Assembly (NCBI GenBank): GCA_973895155.1
Contig: OZ316895.1
Location: 23,076,558 to 23,140,557 of the forward strand
Source of the DNA: Marsupella aquatica
Taxonomy: Eukaryota; Plantae; Marchantiophyta
DNA length: 64,000 bases
Direction: 5' to 3'
Both the position numbers and the translations under genes were made by a program. Positions 24,200-37,910 of the stretch are shown one piece after another; within the stretch, counting starts at the first letter, position 1; every line of letters begins with the position of its first letter. The notes beneath the pieces were generated by a model, which was not told where the DNA came from, ran no database searches, and saw nothing but the letters and a program-made list of their open reading frames with translations.

Positions 24200-25542
24200 T
24201 CAGACTGGACGAAGAGAAGTCGACTCTGGCATGACGGTGTTGGTGTCATGCCAAAGTCGATCACTGCTAAAGCTGGGGCGACATCTACAACGCACATCAT
24301 TGCTCTGAAAGGCGATGGTGCTTAATGCTCTCCTAGTCTTTCTATTCAGAGTTTCTCTGTAAATTTGTAATGTAAGGAATGGAGGTTACTGGGTTGTGCA
24401 GCTGAAGTTGGTTGGCAACGTTCGAATGTCTATGAACTAGGCTTCTTGCAATGGCGTTAATACCTGTTTTTGAATCCAAATGACCTCTTGATCTACATAG
24501 TTAAAAGGAGAAGCAGAGGGTTATGTATTCCCATCTAATGACATGCCTTTCCTGCATGGTTCATTGGGTAGAGGAAGAAGAATATATTGCCTTTTCTCTT
24601 GCAATATTGAGACCCTTGTCTTTCTTATGGGGTACCCGTATTGATCAGACGTCTTACTCTGGCTTTGCTAAGGTTTTGCAAAGAACTAGTAAATTTTGTG
24701 TATTCAAAATTGAACACACAAGAAATTATCGTGGTCTCAATTTTTGTTGTAGTGAGCCCAGTCACGTCAGGTGCCTGCTTTCAAATGAGAAGCTTAATAT
24801 CTCAGTGATGATGGCAAAATTATTGGGAAACATGAATTCAGGCGAGTAAAAAGTCTATTCGGAGAAAAGTCTTTGTTTCCGTTGCGAGTACAACTGGTTG
24901 GTCTTTCCCAGCTTGGCAATTTGGATAACAAAAATATGTCCAGTATATGTCAAAAATCGATTGGGAACAAAACAGAGAATTATGTTTTCTACTTCCTCCG
25001 GTTCAATTAGATCTCACCATCAATACTACATGAGCTTTCACACTGATCGGCTCCCAGAAGTTGATTTTCGCTCAAGTCTGCTGAACCATTCAGGGAAAAT
25101 TCAGGGGAATAATATTCGAAGGACTGAAACGTGACAGAAAGAAGCAGGACAAAATTGAGGTACGTTTTACCACATACCAAAAGTCCACTTCAATAGATAT
25201 CGGATTCTAAAACTAGTGCAAAATCATCGTGATGGGAGCATTGGACGATAGATGGAACCAAGTGATATATCTCAAGTTTAACGACTGCCTCCCAGAGATA
25301 CCACAAGCATGGTACAGTGGCTAGGACAATGTTCGAGCATCACGAAGCAAACAGCATAGTACGATTGAAATTTACGGCAATTGTATTTCTCAGAAGTAAG
25401 ATGCGAAGATGAAAGAACATTTGCTCTTATCGTTGCGGATCTCTAGCCTCAAACTACAGATTGCGAATGTTTGAATGTACCACCGAAGTTCTACCTCATT
25501 GGAATTTTCGCAGACATCAGAGTCGAGAAAGTCTGCTTGTCG

Positions 25543-25743
25543 GCAGACATGAGATGCAAAACTTAACGAACAATCCTAAGAGGGCGAACGACGGTCATTT
25601 CCTACGGGTTCACCTGGCACGCAGCTCAGAGTCTCCAATCCGAGGTGCTCCCGCTGTGTTCGTTTCATTTTTGCAATTTCGTTGAGGCAAGAGATCCAAT
25701 TCGACAAGCAGATTGTTCGTTAAGTTTTGCATCTCATGTCTGC
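25543..25743. repeat. Perfect 33-bp inverted repeat (25543-25575 / 25711-25743) with a 135-nt loop
   Basis: gcagacatgagatgcaaaacttaacgaacaatc versus gattgttcgttaagttttgcatctcatgtctgc. Confidence 0.9.
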
Positions 25744-26880
25744 GAAAGGGCTGTGATGTCCTTTTAGGCAGAGGCCTGTTACGACGACGATGTTCAAGGA
25801 TTTGTCTGGTTCGGCTCACATGACAATAAGCAAATTGCTTGACCCACTATATTTTAACAGATGCCATTCGCAAGGCAACGCCAGTTGGAGAGCAGGCGTA
25901 CTTCCATACGCAGGGCGACTCTCATGCATATGGAATGATCAACGATTATTTGGTACTTCCAAGGCACTTGCGGACTTGGAGAGGCGTGTAATTGTCAGGG
26001 CCCCGAGGTATTGAACATTGAAGACTTGCTTTCAATTGCCTATGTCCAAGGTCCCAGAATTTTTTTGTTATCTCTCAGAAATAAACCTTCTCATTTGAAA
26101 GCCGGCACTTGACGAGATTTGGTTCACTACACCAGAAATGGAGGTCACAATCCGGGGGCTGAAAACATTTTCTTGCATGTTCATCTATTCAAAAGCGAGA
26201 GTAAGAATTTGATGAATACGGGTAGCTCATGAAAAGACAGTAGAAAGGGTTACTGGCAGAGAAAAAACCAATCCATTCTTGTTTCTCTACCAGTGAACCA
26301 CATAATGCACGAAACGCATTTCATTACAAGGATTGTCCTCCATGGAATACAGAAACGTCCGCTTGACTGCTTTTCATTTTAAACTATGGAGGTACATCAT
26401 CGACAGGAAATTCGGCTTCAAATTAGAACTGGCATCAAGAAATTGCAGGAACGCCTAGTTCGTAGACCTTCCACAGAGTTGCGAACAAAATTCAGCTGCA
26501 CAGCCCAGCAATCCTGCATTCCCTACAGCACAAATTTACAGAGAAACATACAGATCATTTTTCCAGTACATAGTGAATAAGAAGACCCCGAGAGCAATAC
26601 CCAGGATACTGAACTCGTACACGAAGCTACTGAACTCACTTTACACGAAGCTACAGAACTCACTTTCAATGCCGAAGTCACTGTAGATTCCAGCGATCGA
26701 ATCTTGAATTGTGAGGCTCAGCTTCCTTTGTCATCTTTATTACAAATGGAGCCCTACACGACGGGGCCAAAATAATTGGCATCTCCCATGCATGGACTCA
26801 AGCAAGTATTGATCGAGGCGAGTTGAGGAATCCAGAAGGTGGCATGGTCGAAGGAAGGAGGTTAAGCTAGGTCACCCAGC

Positions 26881-29260
26881 TTATAATGAGTCCAGAAAGC
26901 TCGTCCCGTCTGCATTTCGAGTGACATCGTGAATTCCCCCATACCTGGTACAATGGGGCCTCTTCGTTTTGTACAACTCCTTGTTTCTCCACCGGGGCGA
27001 GAGGAGACCCTGGAACTTGGAGAAGTTATGGATTGGCGTGAAAGCCAGATCTCCGGGAGGGTAATATTTGGACGAGTGGTCGACTTGGGGATGAATGTGG
27101 TCCAAGCTGTACACCTCCTGCTCCTCCAATGGAATTCCCTGGGAATGTGGCGCTGAGATGATGGAGGCAGCCCGTTCTTGAACTCCAATTGCGAATGGCG
27201 GGACCACAGTGATTGGGTTGGTGGTCTTCAATGGCAGGACTCTGTTGACGGCTCTGGAGCCTTGGTTTCGAGTGGCCTTGCGGTGGCGTGGTCGCAGTTT
27301 GGTCAGGTCCGTCGTCACCCATCCCTTCTCCTCCTTCTCCACAGGCGGGTGTTCCTTCAGATTCTCCTCCTCCTGCATATTGCAGTCATGAGTAAGCAAA
27401 TGTGAGAGATATTGAACGAAGGACTTCTAATCCCCCAGATCCAGCCTAGCCATATGCTAACATTCAGCAGAGTATCACCATAGCCAAATCCTAACATGCA
27501 ATAGAGTATCACCAGTTCTAACAATTGGACAGTGACAAAAACCTCATTCACAGCCTTTGTCTTTGGCAGTGATGTATATGTGTTCACAAGACATGAAGTT
27601 TCGTTTGCGGCTAGACCCCAACTTCGGTTTCTGGATAGCTTGCAGAATGAATTTGTATGTGCTGGGAGGGGATGACGATCGATGTGAATGAATACATTTT
27701 TAAGTACACGGCGATCAACCCAAGTTGCCAGTGGTACCAACTATCCTGATGAGCTGTTACCGATAGTCTCGAGTCATCCATGATAGGACGCAGCCTGAAA
27801 CTAGCTAGACAGAAGATCTACAGTACATCCATGATTTTATGGAAGTGACAGGCTACTGAATTGTGGTCTAGTTTGACAAGTAATGTTTCCACAGATTGCT
27901 CAGAAGGGAGGTCTTGGCAATAAGAAGTTGGTTGGCATTTGTTGACCACAAGCATAGAATCAGTGAAGGTGAAAGACTTGCCTCCTGTTTCTTGGCCTCG
28001 AGGGCCTCTTTGCGGCGATCATAGATTCCCAGCGTTTCCTTGGCTTGAAACTTGCTTTGCCTGGGCCAGTAATCATCGTCGCAAGTCTGCATGGGGTGGT
28101 AAGCATGCACAGGGCTCGTGCCACGCCTCACTTTCTTTGGTCCCCACGGGTCTTTGGAGCGATACTTCAATTCGTCCTCGGCTCGTTTGATTTGCAAAGT
28201 CTTAGTGAATAATTTGTATTGCAGCGCTCTCTCACATGGGATGCAGTAGTTCAAGAGCGGCCAAATATGCTTGGTTTTCTTCCAACACTTCGCATGAAGC
28301 ATGTAGTGCGGTTTCTCCTTAGGTTTCCCTTTGTTCTCCTCCTTTTCTCGCTCGGCTGCTTTTTCCCTTCCAACCCTTTTTCAAGATCAAGTACGAAATT
28401 TCCTGCTCAACTGTGAGTCATACTGTACATGTTCTCTTCTGATGCCATCATTCCACAGGGTTTAGCTAGTGTCCCTAGGATGGTGGTGCCCCTTTGCCAC
28501 GAGATGCAGTCTACAGACAATGTGCATACCTTCTATGTCCAGGCTACGCATTGGAGAAACGAATTTCACCATGCTAGAATAATTGAGGTATATATGGACC
28601 TAATTGCAGCATGTGGATGGGAGTTCAAATGACCACGAAGGGCACTGCCAGAGAAGGATTGATCTTAAATACGAACCATAATTTCTTGAATTCATTGTCA
28701 CATGTAATGAATCTTTTCAGTTGTGAGCATAACATTGTGGAATATGTACATCGTCAAATTTTCGTTTTCTGCAAAGCCTGCGGTGAGAAGGCAACGATTG
28801 AATTGACTCAACTAACATGAGTACTTTGAACACACTGAAACCGAATCAGAGAGATAAAGAGAACGCACTGGGAAATCAGGCGAGATAGGCGAGGAGGGCC
28901 TGGGGTGGAGGTCGATGTGTCCAAGGAGTCCAACGTCATGCGGTCACTGAGGTAGAAAGAACCATAGGGCCTGGGCTCGGGCTTCTTCCTCTCTTTCTCG
29001 TTCATCTTGCGCCGCCAAGCCTCAATGTCACCCGAGATAACGTGCTTGGCCAGGCGTGGGTTGTACTCGTTCATGGGAATGTCCGTCCAGATCGGGTTGT
29101 AGAACTCGGACGGCTTGGACGAGTACAGGTTTTTGCACCATGGATTCCTCTGCATGTGGAACTTGTCGATTCCCCCATACTTCATCACTCTCCCCTCGCA
29201 TGGCAGCGTCTCTGCTCCCAGTTCCGACCTCGACAGCTTCCTCACATACGTCAACCCCAT
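26881..29260 (-). CDS. Cluster of three hypothetical minus-strand ORFs/exons (28808-29260, 27868-~28380, 26881-~27378), function unknown
   Basis: Three co-oriented 140-170-codon open frames with hydrophilic K/R/P-rich composition; possible tgcag acceptor near 27373; no recognisable domain. Confidence 0.4.
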
Positions 29261-32089
29261 TGCCACAGTCCAATTGCTTCTTGAACTCTTTTTAAGTGCT
29301 CTACTACCTGGATCGATCGGAGGTCTAAACTGTGTCCGTAGCTAACCTTTTAACCTCAACAGTCAGATAGATCCTCTGGACCTGTCATAAGATGACTAAT
29401 TCAAACGCCATTTGTAAGAACATACAGTTGTAACCTTGATCCGTAGCTTAACCAGTCTGTTTGCTAATTACATGTGTGTAGCAGAGAGGTACACATTTTG
29501 AACGCGAAGTAGTACAATTCCAACTAGCACGGTGGTAGTGGCAGTCGTTCTAGAATAACGTTCAACCCAAAGCTCAGTCCAAAGCTCAGTCTACTCAAGG
29601 CACTATCGAACCTCCGTGGTTGGCTATCGATCGGCTGCTGCCTCTGGACTCCCAAGCATAACTGCACCAACCTGTTGGATCTGAATGTGATCGTTTCTGT
29701 CCGCACTGTATTGTAGTTGCTCGATCAAGGTGTAATTGCATTGCATTGATCTGGAAATTGAAAGGGATATTCTGGCATGGGTACCGTGTGCTAAGTGGAC
29801 CGAGTATTGCACATCAAGATCTGATGATTTGACTATACATGCTTGCGGTGTGGTCGACTTCAGCTTGGACTAAAGTAAGGGAGGGTCAATTCCTTAGCCC
29901 AATGTACTACTCAGCCACCTCTGTGGATGGCACCCAGCTATATACAAAACATCCTTGTTCTCGAGTGGAATCCGTGATGTGAGCACAGGCTGCACAATCA
30001 TGGGAATGTACCTCGACCTGATCGACGTTGATCAATGTCATGGAAGTCCTATCTGAGATCTGCGATGGGAAAAGAAGACATTCTCTAGTTAGCCAGAGGA
30101 ATGGTATGTCATGAGCCATTGAGCTCTCCATTAGCACTTGGAGGCCCAAGCTAGATCTACACTTAGCTAGATATGTCCCTGCCTACGTCTCTCTTCAAGC
30201 ACTGTCATCCCAGATTTTAGTCACTACTTTGCAACTAATACCCTACTAGACAACCTTTGACGCTTTTGTGTTCTCCAGTGAGAACACAATTGATCAAGTA
30301 CCTTGCCAATCTCTGTCACATGCGCAACAGACCCACCAGATTGTTTGTCTGCAAAAAATTCCTTTTTTTGTTTTGAGGGAGTGAAACCATGCGCATGATG
30401 GCAATTGGACCTCTGCCATCCATTGAGTCTAAGAACAAATTCATTCACCAGATCCTCCAGTCATACGAGGCAAATTTATAATTTCATTCTCTACCGTTGC
30501 CAGTCTTGTCAATCAACTTCCAAATCAAACTTCTATGATGAATGATCTGCCCCTGAATTATTGCGCACGTGTCCCTAGTTCGGCTAGCCCATGATCGACC
30601 ATCCAACCGTGTTCACGTATACCTCTCGACCGTGCCCTGAACGACCTGGCCATCGATAACTGTAGACTAGTTAGACAATCTCCACTACTGTTCCACTCGA
30701 ATCCATGCTGCCATGCTTCGAAGGTCCTGGATGCAATTCTATCTAATTCCAATCAAAATCTTCATTTTCATTTCCGTTCCGATTCCATCACTTCAGCGCT
30801 AATCTGAAAATACCTCTGTTGGATCATCACGACTCTCCATCATAGTGATGATGAGTACTTCGATTACAGCGTGACAATACACCGACAATACACATACGAA
30901 TCGTTTGGAAGGACCTAAGCATGTTTGTCCTTTGGTAAGTTTGTCAAAAGTCTCAATCCCAGTCTACAGTAATGGTCTTCTAGTTTTAACAAGTTCGTTA
31001 GGGGATTTCAGGGCACGAATAGACTACACCAAGGTCGGTGCCCATGAAGCATCCTCGCTGGTAGACTAAGTAATCTACAAAACTTCAAATCTTCCATCAA
31101 ATTTTTAAAGCTCTAACTGGCTATGAGAAGGTACTGAAGGTCTTCCTGACTCGGAGGATCATAAATTGTACTCTAACTAGAAACATCCATGCGGCAAGCA
31201 GGCTGCCCCATTGAAGTTGAGTGCAAACCTTTCATATAGCTCTGTTTGATTAACCGAAGAGCTGTACTTAAAGATGCTCATGCGTGGGATCTCCAAAGCT
31301 TTAGAACATCAATGGCAGTCATGCTATTGGAGTACGATCTATTCATGAGAAAACTGAGTGCCCCATTATTAGCTCTCGACTGCGTTGCAATGAAAAGCTC
31401 GCAGGATTATCTAATGTATCTCGTGTGCTGCAACTAATTAGAAATCTGGGTAAAATGTGTGAACGTTCTGTCTCTTTAGAAGGCTGCATGCATATATGGG
31501 AATTTTTCATTGTCCTAGTATTAACCTTTCAGAATTAACAAAACTGTATTTGATGCATTAATTTACCCAGCCCTGAATTCATGATCCAATTCCAAATATG
31601 TCAGTCGGGTCATAGAAACGACCCTATGATGTACATCTTCGAGCTAAACAAGCTCTTCGTCTTCTTCGTAGCAATCTCGTTGGGGTACATCTCTCGGTTG
31701 TGAAACCCTACGAAGAACATCTTCCCTCCATCACTACCTATAGACTCTTGGGTTCGAAGGCAAAGATCAGAATTCAGTAGTCTAGCTTGTCTTTTCACTG
31801 AACGAGTCTCTTCGACACAAAATGTAAGATCCGTACAATCATATTCTGAGAGTTGTGTACCTTTGTGATGCATGAGCTCGAATTGCTGTTCACAGGTAGG
31901 AATTTAACAAGCTGCATGAAAAGGTCCGTGCTTTTCGTCGGTGAAATTAACCTAATGCGGGCTATTGGAAATACAATTCAATGCATCGGAGTTTAGGATT
32001 TAAGGGAGTCCCATGAGAATCCGAGATGGCATTGGCCACGACGCCGCTATGTTTACATAATTTAGGGCCCTTCGAATCGATATATAATC

Positions 32090-32385
32090 AAGTCCCCTGG
32101 AACTCATGATTCCATCCCGATCGACATCTACAGTTGCGGACCCTTCCAGGTTAGAATTACGTGAGTGTCGTACTAATCTCTCTGCCATTCAGTGAAGTTG
32201 GAACCCAACCCCTAAGTTCAGAATCCCCGAGAGAATCCGTCAAGCTTGCAAGAGTTTTCTTCTCGCTAAGTCGATATTTCATCCAGTCCCCTGGAACTCA
32301 TGAATCCCTGAAGTTGGAACCTAATCCCTATGTTCAGAATCCCCGAGAGTATCCGTCAAGCTTGAATGAGTTTTCTCCTCGCTAA
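32090..32385 (+). repeat. Local duplication (gtcccctggaactcatga x2; gaagttggaacc...gttcagaatccccgagag..atccgtcaagcttg x2)
   Basis: Direct repeats at ~32092/32286 and ~32194/32310. Confidence 0.7.
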
Positions 32386-33504
32386 CTCTGTAATCTATAT
32401 ATCAATTCCAGGAGTTTTCCGACAAACGTCTAAAGTATTTCATCCTCAATTTTATGTTTCCGTCAGATCTTCCATTGAAACCCTTCTCGGAGTGCAGGTA
32501 TTACCTAGGCAAAAAAGTTTCTGCAAGGGTTACTTACCCACGATCTCCCCTGCCAGCTACCGTAGGAGACTAGGCTTTCGTTCTATTCTATCATGGAGCA
32601 CATCTCCGAATGTCTGTCCTCAAATCGTTTCGTTGGGCATCATAATTTCAACAGTCCAATCACGGGAAAATCTCTGCAAGATACAAGGTCGTCCAGGCTA
32701 GATTCCTGGTGCATGCATGGTTCATATATGTACCTCCAAACATTCCCAGACTAAGGCATTCGGAGGTGGAAAGTGTGGCTGGCTCAGGTGTGATGTCCGG
32801 ACCTGCAGGCCGGAAGAAAAGCACTGGACGGCAGTGAGAAGAATTGAATGTTAGACGACCTTTGATTCCCAACAGACACAACGCTTGTAACCTTACTCAA
32901 TAGGTTTGTCGTACAGCAAAACCTCCCAATGAACACCATGTAATTAATTCGTGAGTCGCTGTCTCAATTCCGAGCCTTTCAGCCAAAATTAAACGAAGAT
33001 GGTTTCCCAGATCATCAATCAACTGATCCTAAACAACATCCGTCAAACAGATCCGAGAAGGGATCAAGCTTGCGCTCGGATGATCCCAGAAATCCCAGAA
33101 ATCTTACAAGTTATACATGATTGATTCCATAGCCAGCCACTTGCAAGCAAGCAATAAGCATTGTGATGAGAAATCATCCATAGTCTCTTTGTTAGGATTA
33201 ACTATGAGATTTAGAGTTATCATGCTATCATAATTTAAGGTTAATCTTAGTAACAGACTAGGTTAGGTTAGTCATGGTATGCACACATTATATCTCAAAC
33301 GGTGTTTGCTTGGGTAATGAGAACTCAAGTTCATTGTTACGGAGCAAGATAAGGGATAAGGAGAACGTGTGTCGTGTATACTTGGTATGGCCGGTTGACC
33401 TAGAGTGCTATAAAGTTGGACGTAATATCAAGTTGAGGGGAAACACATATCTTTATGTGTCGACTACTTGTGCTTGCCGTTGCGATTGTCATCTTTGCTC
33501 AGCA

Positions 33505-33795
33505 CTCTAAGAGAAATAAGACAACTATAGTTGTTACACAGAGAAAATATTGGGGAAATAAAAGATTGGAGAGTGCAAAACCATCTGGTATTCCATTAGT
33601 TTCCCATTTCAAAATCTTAAACAAGGATTACCCTTCTAGTAAGAGAGATATATTAGGGAGAAAATCAGTTCTCTATTATAGTGTTGTGTTTAGTTTGATG
33701 CATAGTATGGCATGCACCTGACCTGGCATTGCCAATGCTATTGACATTTGATCAGATTTATGATAAACCCTGGTAAGCTTCACTAGGAAGATTTT
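33505..33795 (+). mobile_element. Small Ty1/copia reverse-transcriptase C-terminal fragment
   Basis: TQRKY...SAKPSGIPLVSHFKI...YYSVVFSLMHSMACT*PGIANA...RFMINPGKLH resembles copia AKPVSTPL..HFKLS...PYASAVGSLMYAMVCTRPDIA..SRFMSNPG..HW. Confidence 0.75.
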
Positions 33796-33984
33796 TGTAT
33801 TTGCAGCGTTATATTAAAAATGGACTTTTTGTTTGAATACTGGCATAAAACACAAATGGCGTTGTAAATCAAATATTGGCATCAAACTCAATGTTGTAGA
33901 AGTGAATTGAGTTAACTTAGTGAAGTATGTTTGATCACAATGCCCAACTCAAACATAGAACTTGGGCGTTGTGTTTGAGTTTGA

Positions 33985-35032
33985 ATGACTTTTTGGTCAT
34001 GGGACCCAAAAAAGCTCAATTTCCAAACCAATAATATAGTAAAACACACATCACTAGGCACTTTCATAAAAGCTGTCTAAAAATGACTTTTTGGTCATGG
34101 GAACCCAATTTTCCAACAGGTAGTTTAGTTAAACACTTATCACTTTCTCAGGGGCACTTTGATAAAAGTTGTCTAGAAATGACATTTCTGTCATGGAATC
34201 CAAATTTCCAATATTTAAAAGGTTAGGCTAGTAAAACATTACTCTTTCAGGGGCACCTTGATAAAAGCTGTCTAGAAATGACTTTTTGGTCATGGGAACC
34301 CAATTTACCAATTTGATAAAAGCTGTCTAGAAATGAGGTTTTGAACAAGGGAACCCAATCTTCCAATTTGATAAAAGCTGTCTAGAAATCAGTTTTTGGT
34401 CATGGAACCCATTTTTCAAATTTTCCAATTTTGGAATGGGTAGGCAAAAACCTCTTATCACTCGTTCAGGGGCACTTTAATGTAAGCCATCTAGAAATGG
34501 AATGCCACCGAAAAGGGAAGAGAGGGAGAGCGATGGAGAAATAGCTCACTCGAGGTACTTCATCAGTTTTTTTTCTGTCGTTGGAACCCAATTTTCCAAT
34601 TTGATAAAAGCTGTCTAGAAATGAGTTTTTGGTCATGGGAACCCAATTTTCCAGTTTGATAAAAGCTGTCTAGAAATGAGTTTTTGGTCATGGAACCCAA
34701 TCTTCCAATTTGATAAAAGCTGTCTAGAAATGGGTTTTTAGTCATGGGAACCCAATTTTCCAATTTTTGAACTGGTAGGCAAAAAAGCTCTTGTCACTCT
34801 TTCAGGGCACTTTGAGATGCATCAGTTTTTTTTGTCATGGAACCCAATTTCCCAATTTGATAAAAGCTGTCTAGAAATGAGTTTTTAGTCATGGAACCCA
34901 TTTTTCGAATTTCCCAATTTTTGAAGGGGTAGGCAGAAAACTCTTATCACGGATGAAAGCCGTCTAGAAATGGAATGCCATCGAAAAGGGAAGAGAGGGA
35001 GAGCGATGGAGGAAAAAAAAAGCTCACTCGAG
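33985..35032 (+). repeat. Satellite-like array of a ~55-bp unit (ttgataaaagctgtctagaaatgagtttttggtcatgggaacccaattttccaat) with a higher-order duplication (~34370-34555 / ~34858-35032)
   Basis: About a dozen imperfect copies; both higher-order blocks end in ctagaaatggaatgcca.cgaaaagggaagagagggagagcgatggag...agctcactcgagg. Confidence 0.9.
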
Positions 35033-35831
35033 GCTCTCTTCTCACGACGAATCCATTCTGTCGTTCTGAGGTTGAGCTCCACGGACTTCTGATCTCTCCT
35101 CAGCTGCTCCACCGCCATTTCCCACGCTCGTGCTCCTCCAGGATCTCGACGCTCCTCAGCCCTATTCTCGCATTCGGGTTCTCTCCCCTTCAAGACCTTC
35201 GAAATTCATTTCCGTGATGAAGTCATCGACTTCTGTGGCGAGGAGGGTTTAGGTGGAAATGGGATTCCTCTGCTCTCGGTTCTCCCGGTTCTGCTCCGTT
35301 TATTAGAGCTCTGCTTCATGGTTATGGTGTCTTTTTGGAATTTTGGCAGTGGTGTATAGAAATATCTGTCAAGTCGATGATGTTTGGAACGGGAGGGGTG
35401 TGTGGGGGTTTTGATCGGATCATTTTTGGCTGGGGCCGAGACAAAACTGGTGCTGCCACTTGCTATGACGGACTCGGCGGCTGTCGAAATGGTGCTGACG
35501 ATTGATTGAGTCGAGGAGAAGTCGAGGAATAGCCTTCCCCCAATGCGGAAGGGCTTCTCTCAGTTTGGATCAGGTGGGCGCCTGGATCCTTTCGATCTCC
35601 TGAGCGAACCGCAACCGGAGGGTATCATTAGCGGAGTCTGTGTCCAGAACTGGCGTTCGCTGGATAGATTCTGCCAGGGAAATCATATCATTAGGGTTGT
35701 TCCGCTGGAGGACTGCGCTCTCACGAGATTGTGTTCAGCGGTGCTACCCTAGTCTTCATGTGTTGGATTGCTAGATCTCATATTGAGGTGTAGGTTGTGA
35801 TTGAGATCTCCATCTTTTATTTGAAAGAGAG

Positions 35832-37910
35832 ATGGCAGAGGATGATGGAGGAGGGGATCCTAGCACCTCTGCTTCTACTCCCATCTCTGGACCTGAGGCT
35901 GTGGAAGGTGACAAGAGCAGAAGCTGTAGAGGATGCCTCCTGTATTCTAGTTCCTTGAGGGATGCTCGACGGAATCCGATTTGTGTTGGCCTCGGGAGGA
36001 CTGAGCAGCGTGGTGAGGACTACTTCTCCTTTCTGCTGTCTTGGGTTGTCCATTTCTAAAAAGGCTCACTTACTCTTGGGCCAGATATTAGTCGTCTTTC
36101 TTGCTGTCGTTGATGGTAGCAGAACATGTGCTTCAGTTTTTCAAGTGTCCTACATTTTTTGGAGATTGTCTAGATCTGACGCAATTTCTCGGCCACGGTT
36201 GAATTTCGTTCATGTCGTTAGATGAGTAATGCCTTGCGATGAATAAGGAGATCGTGAACAGTGGATCCCAACCCATGGGTTCAATAGTAGTCAAAAGTAT
36301 ATTGAATACACGTACAGTCTAGGGTTCACATTTGTGTTTGGATGCTATTTCCATGGACACTCATATTCAATTACTATTGGGCACCTACATTTTTACTTTC
36401 TGCGCACCAGAATTTCCATGCACATTTCAAGGCTGGTTTGGTTTGCGAGGAGACTCACAAGAATCCGTGGAATAGAGGTTGTTTTGTTACCGGTTTAACT
36501 CTCCTGAAATTGGAGAAATTCAGCGAGACTAACAGAGTAGCAGTTCTATTATACCTTGTACCCGCTAGCTTTTGGAATTCGGAATCAGCAACAGGACCTT
36601 GGTGTCATTTTGCCGTAGTTGAGGTTGATTACCTGCTCAGTAACTTTGTCATCCGTGATCCGAGCTATCTCCTGGAAGCCGGTACCCGCATTATCATATC
36701 CTTTTGGACTGCCTCTCAGCGTGTTTAAAGTTCTTGGTTACTTTGGCAATGAATTCCAGCTAAGGCCAATGTGGGCATGCAGTGTACAGCCTCGTAGGAG
36801 AGTCAGAGCGGGATGCAGCAAAAGAAGGGCGGAGATTAGCTGATTTCAAATATGCTTGCATTGGCTACTCTATACATAAAGAGGCTACTGCCACTTCAGA
36901 CGGGCCAGTTGATGCAGGGGAATTACCCCTTTGTGTTGGAGTGGAGGTATGTCTCGAATGTGCGTTTGGTTGGCATTTAATTCCATCTCTAGCTTTCGAG
37001 TGGTCATAGGAGCAAAAATCGCGGCCATGCTGGTTCCTTCCACTTCCAGAGGATTTATACAGCTTTCGATACGGACGGCCCGCAATTGCGGTGAAATAGG
37101 CTTTTGCTCTGAATGATTCAATTGGTTCTGAATTTGAATAAAGTGCAAACTCCCTCTCCGTTAAATCACTTCGCATCTATCCTTTAATTGACTAACTGGA
37201 TTTCCTTTTCTCAGTTTCTGGCGGATAGGAAACCTCAAGCAGCGAGCAGTCCAAGCCCACTCGAGCAATTGGAACAGGACGATGAAGGTATGCCAGTGCG
37301 TTAACTGTTGATTTAGTCAATAGCCTCTTTACACCAATCCGGCCTTTCCTCCTGTAGTGATACTTGCACTTAAGCTTGATTATTCACAGTGCGGCTCGTG
37401 ACATGCACTTGCCTGGGGAACGTGAGAACTCATAACAGCGGGTAGCGTGAAGGGGTTTTTAGATTTGATACTACTGTCAAGGGTGTACAATTTATCATGA
37501 GATTCATTTTACTCAGGGAATGTTCGTTGATGCTTTCATGAATGTACGTTTTCTTTTCATGAACCGTATCCTCTCAATCGTGCAGGTCCTCCAGTAATGC
37601 CACGACCCCCTTCAGCTGTGCGGCAACCGACCACAATCGGTGGCATGTCTGGTGATGAATTTGCATCTAGGTGAGTAATTGAGAAAATTTGTGTGTGAAA
37701 AGTGCGTGAAAGCTTTCCATATGTGCAGCAACTGGTTGCATGAAATGCCATGTAAACTGTAGGTTTTTGAGACCAAGTCGCTCTGTTTGCAGATTTATCC
37801 GATGTGCAGGCTTGGTGGCATCTGCTGTAGTCAGAAACATGTCCCATTTGGTCACTTCTATAAAAACAGGGGTGGATGATATGGTCCATGAGCGTAGACG
37901 ACCAAAATAG
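35832..37910 (+). CDS. Conserved uncharacterised plant protein (At3g51100-like family). Exons 35832-36012, 36783-36946, 37215-37287, 37586-37670, 37793-37910
   Basis: KSRSCRGCLLYSS...NPICVG, VGESE..AAKEGRRLADFKYACIGYS, ELPLCVGVEFL, RFIRCAGLVASAVVRNM, C-terminal RRRPK*; GT-AG introns with consistent phase. Confidence 0.85.

Noticed and set aside
29850-31300. Minus-strand stretch with faintly protein-like fragments (possible decayed gene)
   Set aside because: Many stops and no motif I could assign with confidence
33985-34925. Regularly spaced repeats superficially like a CRISPR array (also 53805-54098)
   Set aside because: Units are head-to-tail without unique spacers, no cas genes, eukaryotic context; these are satellites
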